DNA from: a virus
Lineage: Duplodnaviria; Caudoviricetes
DNA length: 49,155 nucleotides
IMG/VR virus record: IMGVR_UViG_3300048849_000043
Location: 1-49,155 of that record
Reading direction: 5' to 3' (one strand)
Below the pieces are notes generated by a model. It did not search any database and had not been told where the DNA came from. It was given only the letters and a program-made list of their open reading frames with translations. Below are positions 17,009 through 24,671 of the stretch, piece by piece. The translations under genes and the position numbers were made by a program. Each line of letters begins with the position of its first letter. Position 1 is the first letter of the stretch.

Positions 17009-17287
17009 ATGACGGGCAGACCGGCACAGCAGCCGGGTGCACTCGACGACATCGCGAAGGCGATGCTCAGGATCGAGGACAAGGTCTGGCGGTACGCGGG
17101 CGCGAAGGAGCAAGCGATCCGGGAGCAGTTCGACCTCAGCGCCACCCAGTTCTACCAACGTCTCAACTCGCTCATCGAGACTGAGGCCGCGATGGCGTTC
17201 AACCCCCTTCTGGTCAAGCGCCTGCGGCGCATGCGTGCCCAGCGTCAGCGGACGCGGGCGGCCATCCGCGACGCCTACGACCTCTAG
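17009..17287 (+). CDS. DUF3263 family protein
   Basis: E...WRYAGAKEQAIREQFDLSATQFYQRLNSLI...P.LVKRLRR. Confidence 0.85.
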   Translation: MTGRPAQQPGALDDIAKAMLRIEDKVWRYAGAKEQAIREQFDLSATQFYQRLNSLIETEAAMAFNPLLVKRLRRMRAQRQRTRAAIRDAYDL

Positions 17288-18561
17288 TCGTGATCGGGCT
17301 CGGGGCTGCCGAGTGCGAGTGACTCAACGACCTTCTCAGCCTGTGCGAGGCCACTGACCTCACCGCCGGCGAGCATGGCGTCCAGCGCGTCGAGGCCACT
17401 GTCCGATACGTCACCGATCAGGCTGCCGTAGACGCCGATGGTCGTGGTGATGTCCTCGTGGCCCATCCGCTTTTGCACAGCGGCCATCGGCTCACCGGAT
17501 AGGAGCATCAGGACGGCGTGCGTGTGGCGGAGCATGTGCGGGGTGACCGTGCGGGTCAGACCGAGCTCCGCTGCGACCTCAGTGATCCGCACGCGCTTGG
17601 GGGCGGCGTCACGGTGGTTGAGGGGTCTGACCCAGTACCGGTGGCGGAAGCCGGTGTAGTACCACTTGCGACCGTGCTCGTTGGTGAACAGGAGGTCTTC
17701 GGGGGAGAGGCCTTTGTGACGCCGGCGGATCATCTCGGACGCCTCGGTGGACATCTTGGTGCGCCTCAGACCAGCGGAGGACTTCGCGTCGGCGACCATC
17801 TCGAACTTGCCCTTCTCGCCGCGGCGCATCACCCGGCCCATCGTCACGTACAGGCCGTCGGTCCCGTAGTCCTCCACGTCGACCGATCGGAGGGCGACAG
17901 CTTCGGACCACCGCCACCCAGACGACACAAGGAAGAGGAGGAGATCAGCGGCGTCCTGGCTGACGGCTTTGGCGGCCTGGTGGAGGATCTGCCACTCCGC
18001 CGGCCGCAAACCCTTCGCCTTGTTCCGTTCCCTACTCGGCAGCACAGTCTCAGTGCAGGGGTCGATGATCGCCAGACCCTGGGCTTTGCCGCCCGCCCAC
18101 TTGTAGATCCCGTGGAGAACGGAGTGCGCGTCAGCGACGGTCTTCGCGGACAGATCAGCGGAGAGCGTGTCGATCCACTGCTGGACCTCGGCCTCGCTGA
18201 TCAGATTGATCGGCTTGTCACCCAAGTGAGGGAGGATCTGGTTGCGGATCAGCTGCCCGTACCTGGTCGTCGTGTACGTCGACCGGACGCGCAGGGGAGT
18301 GCCGTCGGATCTCTTCGCGGACTTCCACTCCAGCCACGCCAGGGCGACATCGCGGAGGACGTTCTCGAGGACCTCGGACGGTTCGGTCTCGTTCATCACC
18401 GCCCGGGCCCGCGCACCACCGACAGCGTCGACAAGTTTCGCGAACCGGTCAGCGGCCTTGCGCGTCGAGAACGTCTCGCTCGAGGATCTCGTGCCGACAC
18501 GGAAGCGGACCTTGTATGAGACTGCACCACTCTTCGCGGTGTACGCCTTGACGCTTGGCAT
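17284..18561 (-). CDS. int: Tyrosine integrase
   Basis: SGWRWSE (R), AKS (K), HMLRH, MGH, GVY (Y); N-terminal arm-binding region; ATG at 18561. Confidence 0.95.
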   Translation of the reverse strand: MPSVKAYTAKSGAVSYKVRFRVGTRSSSETFSTRKAADRFAKLVDAVGGARARAVMNETEPSEVLENVLRDVALAWLEWKSAKRSDGTPLRVRSTYTTTRYGQLIRNQILPHLGDKPINLISEAEVQQWIDTLSADLSAKTVADAHSVLHGIYKWAGGKAQGLAIIDPCTETVLPSRERNKAKGLRPAEWQILHQAAKAVSQDAADLLLFLVSSGWRWSEAVALRSVDVEDYGTDGLYVTMGRVMRRGEKGKFEMVADAKSSAGLRRTKMSTEASEMIRRRHKGLSPEDLLFTNEHGRKWYYTGFRHRYWVRPLNHRDAAPKRVRITEVAAELGLTRTVTPHMLRHTHAVLMLLSGEPMAAVQKRMGHEDITTTIGVYGSLIGDVSDSGLDALDAMLAGGEVSGLAQAEKVVESLALGSPEPDHD

Positions 18562-20270
18562 CAGATGAACAGCATGTCGGAGACGGCGACCTGTCCGCGA
18601 TCTGGGTAGTCGAGCAGCCCGAGGGACCTGAGGGCGCCGAGGTTGTTCGCGAACCCGCTGCTGGCGGGGGAGACGCCAGCCAACTCGGCAAGTTCCTCGC
18701 GGCTGAGCGAGCCGGGATGTGCGTCGATGAGCGGCTCGATGATCCGCCACCTCCCGTCCGGGATCAGGGTCCGGATCTTCGCGTGCAGGTCCTCGGTGGT
18801 CGCCGGCGGCGGCACGATGTCGACGTGCTCGCGACCGGCGTCCGTGATCTGCACGAGCCCGCGCGACGGGTAGGTGATCAGACCGGAGGTGTTGAGTCCC
18901 CCGAGGTTGTTGGCGTACCCGCTGCTCTTGGGAGAGACCCCCGCGAAGAGGGCGAGCTGGTTGCGCGGAGCTGCGTCCACACCGATGGACTCCAGCGATA
19001 CGAGCGCTTCGAGCAGCTTGCGGCGAGCGGGCGGAACATCGGACTCGTTAGCCGGTCGGACCGGCGGCGTCGGACGCTTGAGAGTGAGGACCCGGCTGGA
19101 CTGGGGTGCGCGGGCAGCAGACCTCGCCGGGACACCTTTGGTGGGCGGGCGCGGGCCGAGCGCCGCGAGCTCTGCAGCCAGACGTGTCCCGAGAGCCTGC
19201 AGAGTGGCGACGTGGTGCTCGAGCTGCTGCACGATCTCGGGGGAGACTGTCGGGACCTCCACACGTTCGACAGTCGGCTGGAGTGTTTCGCGGGTCCGCT
19301 CGACGATCAAGTCCTTCTGCAGTTGCGCGATCGTCTTCCGCAGGTGCTTGGGATCGTCTGCCTGTGCCTTCTCGATCGTTTCGGCCATCGCCGCCTTGAT
19401 CGAGTCGAGGTCGACCTCGGCGAGAGTGGCTGGCGGGCGCGGCTTCCCTCCGATCTTCGGCGTCGACCCGGAGTCGAACGTCCGCCGGCGCCGGAACTGG
19501 ATCTTCACCAGGGTATTCAGCCAGTGTGGGGAGAACACCCATGCCTCTCCGTTGCCGAGGGACGGCAGGTCGTCGACGGCGTCCTTTCCTGCGGCGTGAG
19601 TGTCGACCCACCCGAGGATGGCCTTGCGGTCCTGAGGTGACGGGGTGCGCATCGGGATCAGTGTTTCGATCTGCGTCAAGACGTCTTTGTTGAGCGATGC
19701 TGACCGCTGGGTGATGAGGGTGATGCCGATGCCGCGGAACCCTCCGCGCTTGATCAGGGTCTCGAAGGCGCCGACCAGGGTGGCGTTCTCGCCGCGGACC
19801 TGCTGCGGGATGTACTCGTCGGCCTCCTCGCAAAAGACATGGAGCGGCTCGGCGTTCTTCTTGTACAGGTGCTGGGCGAAGTCGATCAGGAACCGGCGCT
19901 GGTCTGCCTTCGTCATCTCCGAGACATCGAGCACGGCCGTGAGGCGCTGTCCGATGATCAAGTCGGCCACGAGCTTGCCCGACGTCGGCTCGAGCGGCAC
20001 GTCACCGTGGAGGCCGCCGAACACGAGGACCGACAGACCGGGGGACTTCCCGTCGCCCGAGGCGCGGACGCCCCACCAGTCGCCCTTGGGATCGATCGCG
20101 ACCCAGGGGAGCCCGTTGTCGTACATCTCCTCGGCCATGACGACTGCTGCGTTCGACTTCCCGGCTCGTCGCTTGGCCAGAATCGCGAAGGTCTCGGTCA
20201 CCGCATCGAGCGGGAGAGACAGTTCTTCGGAGATCCGCAACACACCGGTGGCACGTGAAGGTTCGCTCAT
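18561..20270 (-). CDS. HerA/FtsK-like (DUF87-type) ATPase with two C-terminal wHTH repeats
   Basis: Walker A AKRRAGKS, IDPKGDW, Walker B VFCEEAD, RG..RG.G...ITQR; duplicated LAGVSPxSSGxANNLGxL; TGATG coupling to int. Confidence 0.85.
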   Translation of the reverse strand: MSEPSRATGVLRISEELSLPLDAVTETFAILAKRRAGKSNAAVVMAEEMYDNGLPWVAIDPKGDWWGVRASGDGKSPGLSVLVFGGLHGDVPLEPTSGKLVADLIIGQRLTAVLDVSEMTKADQRRFLIDFAQHLYKKNAEPLHVFCEEADEYIPQQVRGENATLVGAFETLIKRGGFRGIGITLITQRSASLNKDVLTQIETLIPMRTPSPQDRKAILGWVDTHAAGKDAVDDLPSLGNGEAWVFSPHWLNTLVKIQFRRRRTFDSGSTPKIGGKPRPPATLAEVDLDSIKAAMAETIEKAQADDPKHLRKTIAQLQKDLIVERTRETLQPTVERVEVPTVSPEIVQQLEHHVATLQALGTRLAAELAALGPRPPTKGVPARSAARAPQSSRVLTLKRPTPPVRPANESDVPPARRKLLEALVSLESIGVDAAPRNQLALFAGVSPKSSGYANNLGGLNTSGLITYPSRGLVQITDAGREHVDIVPPPATTEDLHAKIRTLIPDGRWRIIEPLIDAHPGSLSREELAELAGVSPASSGFANNLGALRSLGLLDYPDRGQVAVSDMLFI

Positions 20271-20286
20271 GCGTTCGACTGTAGCA
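20263..20286 (-). promoter_or_regulatory. Extended -10 leaderless promoter with LexA-like box over the start codon
   Basis: TGC-TACAGT 7 nt before the ATG; TCGAAC-GCAT-GAGCGA (20278-20263) versus TCGAAC-N4-GTTCGA. Confidence 0.55.
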
Positions 20287-20296
20287 AGAACACCGG

Positions 20297-20495
20297 GTAC
20301 ACGGCGGGTACGTGGACTACTTGCTAACGTGTGTCGCCCGGGATTGCAGACCAGATCCGGGTGCCGAGTGCGGGACTCGAAACCCTCTATTCCTACACGG
20401 AGATTCCTAAATTTGCTGCGCCTGCACGAACGTGCGCGCACGCGCAACGCGCTCAAACAGGCTGCAAAACGATGAATCGGTGTACGTGTACACGG
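20297..20495. repeat. Candidate integrase arm-type sites
   Basis: GTACACGG at 20297 and 20488, TACACGG at 20394, GTACGTG at 20308 and 20482; present on both sides of the core. Confidence 0.55.
20361..20381 (-). other. attP core: 3' end of a host tRNA (T-loop to discriminator; isotype uncertain, Leu-like)
   Basis: Minus strand TTCGAGT-CCCGC-ACTCGGC-AC. No 5' tRNA half is present. Flanked by GTACACGG/GTACGTG repeats. Confidence 0.8.
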
Positions 20496-20516
20496 TCTAG
20501 TAGCTAAGTTCGACTG

Positions 20517-21263
20517 ATGATCTCCCGACGACTCTGCACTCCTGCAACTCTGCTCGCTCTAGGCTTGGCCCTCTCCACGATCTCCGTAGCACCCGCGCAG
20601 GCCGATGATGGCGGCATCCGATTCGACATCACCAGCATTCAGGCATCTGACTATGCGGTCCGCTCAGGCGGATGCCATTCGGTGCCGGTGACAGCAACGC
20701 ACAATGCACCTGCGTCCGTAGACGACATCGACATGCGGACCGAGGTATGGCGTGGGTCGAAGTACATCGAGACCATCAGCTTGAGCGAGGATGGTCCGGG
20801 CCAGCTGTCCGGTGAGATCTTCTACTGCCCGTTCCTCTACAGCGTCGGCACGTTCCGGCTGGGCCCTTCTGAGATCGACTGGTCGTCCTTCACGTCCGAC
20901 GACTTCTTGACCGGCCAGTTCAACGATTCGACCACCGCCTCACTCGCCATCAAGCAGGCGACGGCGATCTCCAAGCCGAAGTGGAAGAAGCGAGGTCGCG
21001 GGGCGACTGTGACGACAAAGGGGCGGTGGTTCAGCCTCGATTCCTCAAGCTGGCAGCACGACCCGAAGGGCATCGTCAACAACCTGCAGCGCCGCTCTGA
21101 CTCAAACCATGGCTGGAAGACCATCAAGAGCGCGCGGAGTAACAAGAAGGGCGTAGCGACCTTCAAGATCAAGTCCAAGCCCACGAAGAGGATGCAGTAC
21201 CGGGTGATGCAGAAGAGTACGAAGTACTCGTTGGGTGCAACCTCGCCCAGCATCAGGAGGTAG
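20517..21263 (+). CDS. Secreted protein (moron), Sec signal peptide, basic C-terminal beta domain
   Basis: Hydrophobic h-region and AQA|DD cleavage site; own -10 TAAGTT 6 nt before the ATG; opposite strand to its neighbours. Confidence 0.75.
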   Translation: MISRRLCTPATLLALGLALSTISVAPAQADDGGIRFDITSIQASDYAVRSGGCHSVPVTATHNAPASVDDIDMRTEVWRGSKYIETISLSEDGPGQLSGEIFYCPFLYSVGTFRLGPSEIDWSSFTSDDFLTGQFNDSTTASLAIKQATAISKPKWKKRGRGATVTTKGRWFSLDSSSWQHDPKGIVNNLQRRSDSNHGWKTIKSARSNKKGVATFKIKSKPTKRMQYRVMQKSTKYSLGATSPSIRR

Positions 21264-21308
21264 AGGTCTCGCAGGGTTTCGGCTCGCGTAGCGCTTCATC
21301 CGCGTTGG

Positions 21309-21632
21309 TCAGAGAGAGTAGGCGGACCCGCCAGTGTTGCGGCGCGCGGCGTCGGCCGCGTCGACGAGGGCCGCATGATGGTGGCCGTCGCACGCGAGGA
21401 TCAGCAGGTGCGCGGCCTTGATCGCGTTCGGGTTGGTCAGCGGATGGCCGAGGTAGCCGCCGATCTTCCCGCCGGCGGCCCGGGCGAGCAACTCGGTGCG
21501 GTCGCCCGCAAGGGCGCGCAGCTGGGCGATCGCGTCGAGGACCGGTACGTCATCGCCGGCAAGGCGCAGGGCGGTCCCGTCGATCGAGATCTCGAGGGCG
21601 CGTTCGGGGTCGAGTCCGCGGCCGCGGGGCAT
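21309..21632 (-). CDS. Hypothetical protein
   Basis: ATG at 21632 (MPRGRGLDPE); TGATG coupling. Confidence 0.6.
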   Translation of the reverse strand: MPRGRGLDPERALEISIDGTALRLAGDDVPVLDAIAQLRALAGDRTELLARAAGGKIGGYLGHPLTNPNAIKAAHLLILACDGHHHAALVDAADAARRNTGGSAYSL

Positions 21633-21802
21633 CAGTGGGACCGGACGAACAGCATCTGCCAGCCGTCGGGGACACGGCCGTCGAGTTCGGCCTTGGCGGT
21701 GTCGTAGTCGGGGGCTTCGGTGGTGATGACGTCGGTCGGGAGGCCGTCGACGTTCTTGGCGCCTTCGTCGGGTCGTTGTCTGATGGTGGCGGTGAGGTGC
21801 AT
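21632..21802 (-). CDS. Small hypothetical protein
   Basis: MHLTATIR...VPDGWQMLFVR; -10 TACCCT 7 nt upstream. Confidence 0.6.
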   Translation of the reverse strand: MHLTATIRQRPDEGAKNVDGLPTDVITTEAPDYDTAKAELDGRVPDGWQMLFVRSH

Positions 21803-21825
21803 GGGGTCGAGGGTAGGTCGCGGGC

Positions 21826-21864
21826 ATGACGAAAGCGCCCCACCCGGTGAGGGGTGGGGCGCTT
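21826..21864 (-). terminator. Intrinsic terminator ending the late/lysis operon
   Basis: 13-bp stem AAGCGCCCCACCC/GGGTGGGGCGCTT followed by TCGTCAT. Confidence 0.85.
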
Positions 21865-21876
21865 CGGTGGTGCTGG

Positions 21877-21975
21877 TCAGCGGCGGCGTGAGGCGGCGAC
21901 GTGCCGTGCTTCGTCGAGCAGCTCGGCGAGCATGACGCCGTAGAACGTGATCATGCCGCGGACGAAGCGGATCAC
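21877..21975 (-). CDS. 32-aa peptide after the holin
   Basis: GTG overlaps the holin TGA; MIRFVRGMITFYGVMLAELLDEARHVAASRRR. Confidence 0.4.
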   Translation of the reverse strand: MIRFVRGMITFYGVMLAELLDEARHVAASRRR

Positions 21976-22412
21976 CGGATGCCGCTTCGTCCGGGGTCCT
22001 CGTGCACCAGGTGGCCGACGATCTGGCCGCTCTCCATGCTGATGGGCTCGATGGTCGCCAGGAGTCCGTCCGACTGTGCCGAGATCGGCGTGTCTGTCGA
22101 GGACGTCTGGGTGCGGAGGTATCCACCGAGGAACAGGGTCAGCAGGCCGATGATGGCTGCGGTGGACTCGTCGCTGATGTCGTACCCGAGGAACACGACG
22201 AGCACGATCACAGCCTTCGCGAGTCCTATCAGCGCGGCGAGGAGCGTGTCCTTCGCCGCGATCGCGGTGAGCACACCTCCGACCGCGACCGTGAGGGTCG
22301 CGAGCACGGCGGCGGCGTCGTGCGGGAGGCCGAAGGTCACGAGCACGAGGATCACCGCCTCGATGACGCCCACGAAGAACGCGGGCTCCTTGCCGAAGAT
22401 CTTCATCTTCAT
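21972..22412 (-). CDS. Holin
   Basis: IFGKEPA, four hydrophobic segments, RTQTS; follows the endolysin. Confidence 0.8.
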   Translation of the reverse strand: MKMKIFGKEPAFFVGVIEAVILVLVTFGLPHDAAAVLATLTVAVGGVLTAIAAKDTLLAALIGLAKAVIVLVVFLGYDISDESTAAIIGLLTLFLGGYLRTQTSSTDTPISAQSDGLLATIEPISMESGQIVGHLVHEDPGRSGIR

Positions 22413-22416
22413 TTCC

Positions 22417-23673
22417 TCATTTCACTGGATGGGTGATGCGGATGGTCATGTGGACGCCCCAGTGGTCGAACGCCGGGTTGCCGACCATCTCGGGGACGAC
22501 GTCGGCCGCCCAGGTCAGGCCCTTCACGGACGGGGTGCCGAAGAAGCGGTCGATGTGGATCCCGGACGACGGCGGCGGGTTCTTCCCCTGGTTCGCCGTG
22601 TTGTACTGCTCGCGCTTCCGGTTCTTCGACGGGACGTCGTAGTACAGGTCGTGCAAGCCGTAGCCCTCGAGCACGTCGCACGTGGTGTCGTCCGGGCGGG
22701 TCTTGGTGTCCTTGTGCGCGTCGTTCGCGTCGCCGACGACCGCCCACGGCAGCGTCGGCCACGTCTTGCGCAGCAGGGCGCCGAGGTTCGTGGCCTCAGT
22801 CTTGCGCTTTCTCCACGCGGAGTGCTCGTAGGACAGGTGGATCGTGACGAGGACGAAGTCGGCGCCGGTGGTGCGGTGCCGGTAGCGGACGGCGAGGGCG
22901 TACTTCCCGTTCCCGAGCGACCACTTCCGGGCGGCCCCGACCTTGGCCCAGCCGGTGCGGTTGTCGACGAGGTACTGGACGAGGTTCTTGTGGTTCGACG
23001 TCATCGACATCTTCGCGACCGTCTTGAGCGCCCGGGACACGATCGGCCGGTACTTCGACGGGAGCTCCTGCGTCACGAGCATCCGGGCGCCGGCCTGACG
23101 GGCGCACTCGGCGATCACCGCGCCGCGGGGCGTCAGGTTGCCCTTGTCGCCGGCGGCGTTCTGCTGGTAGATCACCAGGTCGGTGTGGGTCATCGGGACG
23201 GGCTTGGCCTGCTTCTTCGCCCACTCGATGCCCTGCTGCCAGGTGCGCCCGGACAGCGGCCGGGGGCCGTCGTCGCGACCGTGACGCGCGAGACCGTTGA
23301 GGCCGTCGCGGACGTCCTCGATCTGGTACCGCGCGGGCCCGTTGTGCGGGCAGCCGGTGAGGACGCCGTGGCCGTGCTCCTCACCGCCGACGCCGTCCCA
23401 GTTGTACCGGCGGCGCCAGCGGGCGTCGGACCCCATCTGACGGCCGACCCAGATCACGAGGGCCCATGCCTCGTCCCTGGTCATGCCCTTCGGCCACGAC
23501 ACGAGGTAGGCATCGTCGGCGCCGCCGGTCGAGTGCGTGCCACCGGACTTCTTGCCGCCGCCGATGAGCTGCACGAAGCGGATGACGATGCCGCGACGCT
23601 TGAGCTCGGCGACGTAGTACGGAAGCCACTTGATCTGGCACGGGCATGCGGGCAGGCCGTAGATGGTGGCCAT
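22417..23673 (-). CDS. Endolysin: M15-like peptidase plus EEP (exo/endonuclease/phosphatase) domain
   Basis: GTHSTGGADD...EHGH; C-terminal QQN, TQE, TIHL, GDAND, IDRF, FDH. Confidence 0.8.
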   Translation of the reverse strand: MATIYGLPACPCQIKWLPYYVAELKRRGIVIRFVQLIGGGKKSGGTHSTGGADDAYLVSWPKGMTRDEAWALVIWVGRQMGSDARWRRRYNWDGVGGEEHGHGVLTGCPHNGPARYQIEDVRDGLNGLARHGRDDGPRPLSGRTWQQGIEWAKKQAKPVPMTHTDLVIYQQNAAGDKGNLTPRGAVIAECARQAGARMLVTQELPSKYRPIVSRALKTVAKMSMTSNHKNLVQYLVDNRTGWAKVGAARKWSLGNGKYALAVRYRHRTTGADFVLVTIHLSYEHSAWRKRKTEATNLGALLRKTWPTLPWAVVGDANDAHKDTKTRPDDTTCDVLEGYGLHDLYYDVPSKNRKREQYNTANQGKNPPPSSGIHIDRFFGTPSVKGLTWAADVVPEMVGNPAFDHWGVHMTIRITHPVK

Positions 23674-23742
23674 GGGATCTCCTGGTGGGGTCGGCGAAGT
23701 GCCCGCGTGGGTGCGCGGGGTGGAGTGGGCGTGGGCGGTGGG

Positions 23743-24057
23743 TCAGGCGACGTCGAGGGGGCCGTAGCGGCGGTGGTACTCGGCGTTCTCGGCCCGGATG
23801 CTGCGGACCTCGGCGCGGAGTTCGTCCAGCTCGCCGTGCGTGGCCTTGAGCTCGGCGCGCAACGGGGCCAGCAGCTCGAGCGCGGTCTCGGAGATGACGG
23901 CCGCGGCGTCGACACCGGTCTTCGTGGTTTGCGCGTCGGTGTTGACGGTCTTCGCGTTGGTGTTCCGGTTGTCCGCGCGAGCCCGGTAGAGCATGACGGC
24001 GGTGACCGCGAACCCTCCGGGCATCAGGATGTTGGTGAGTACATCGAGGGCGTTCAA
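23743..24057 (-). CDS. Membrane-anchored coiled-coil lysis-cassette protein
   Basis: TTG at 24057 overlaps the upstream TGA; N-terminal TM then coiled coil. Confidence 0.65.
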   Translation of the reverse strand: MNALDVLTNILMPGGFAVTAVMLYRARADNRNTNAKTVNTDAQTTKTGVDAAAVISETALELLAPLRAELKATHGELDELRAEVRSIRAENAEYHRRYGPLDVA

Positions 24058-24488
24058 TGGCCCACCTTCCGTAGCAGCCGCAGGTCTCTGGTGATCTGTC
24101 CGCACCGCCAAAGCGATCCGATGCACATGGCGAGGCCGATGGTCGTGACGAGGCCGGACCGGTCGAAGGTGGAGACCGTGCACAGGACGGCGACGTAGGT
24201 GGCCGACCCGGTGGCGAGGAGCACCTGGCCGGCGCGTTCGATCTCGAGGCCGGAGCGCAGCTGCTTGCGGTAGATCCCGGCGAGGATCAGCGTTGACCCG
24301 AGGACTGTGCAGATGGCGAACATGACGCGCTGGGGGACGCTGAGTCCGGAGTCCAGTGACACCGATGGTGTGCTGAACAGCATCCCGTAGAGGGACACGA
24401 GGACCAGGCCGAGGCTGAGGCACACGGAGTGTGGGTTGCGGCCTGAGCGGACGACGACGACGGGGAGGCCCTTGAAGGAGCGGTCCAT
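24054..24488 (-). CDS. 4-TM membrane protein (lysis cassette)
   Basis: Four hydrophobic segments; GRNPHS...LEIERAG. Confidence 0.75.
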   Translation of the reverse strand: MDRSFKGLPVVVVRSGRNPHSVCLSLGLVLVSLYGMLFSTPSVSLDSGLSVPQRVMFAICTVLGSTLILAGIYRKQLRSGLEIERAGQVLLATGSATYVAVLCTVSTFDRSGLVTTIGLAMCIGSLWRCGQITRDLRLLRKVGH

Positions 24489-24550
24489 GTCAGTGCTCGT
24501 CTGCTGGCCGCGGGCTGGGTGTCGCGGTCATGGTGTCCTCCTGGGGTGGG

Positions 24551-24582
24551 AATGACGAAGCCCCGCCGATGTCGACGGGGCT
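24551..24582 (-). terminator. Intrinsic terminator between tail and lysis genes
   Basis: AGCCCCGTCG...CGGCGGGGCT followed by TCGTCATT. Confidence 0.65.
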
Positions 24583-24671
24583 GGACTTGGGAAGAGCCGG
24601 GTCAATCCCAAGCGAATCGCGGTTCTAATTGGGATTGACCAGGTGGAGGTTACGGAGCGGTAACCGTCACC

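Noticed and set aside
20340-20420. Intact tRNA gene
   Set aside because: Only the T-loop to acceptor 3' strand is present, with no D-arm, anticodon arm or 5' acceptor strand. Treated as attP.
20271-20456. N-terminal extension of the ATPase in the ORF track (likewise the int extension to 18750)
   Set aside because: The extension runs through attP and promoter sequence. ATG 20270 and ATG 18561 fit the promoter spacing and TGATG coupling better.
20498-20513. SOS box before the secreted protein gene
   Set aside because: Only the GTTCGA half matches; the left half TAGTAG is too divergent.
21901-24198. 765-aa plus-strand ORF, and similar long antisense ORFs (6934-8445, 25275-26876, 29789-31063)
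   Set aside because: These are shadow frames of high-GC minus-strand genes that carry clear motifs; the antisense ORFs have no recognisable motifs of their own.
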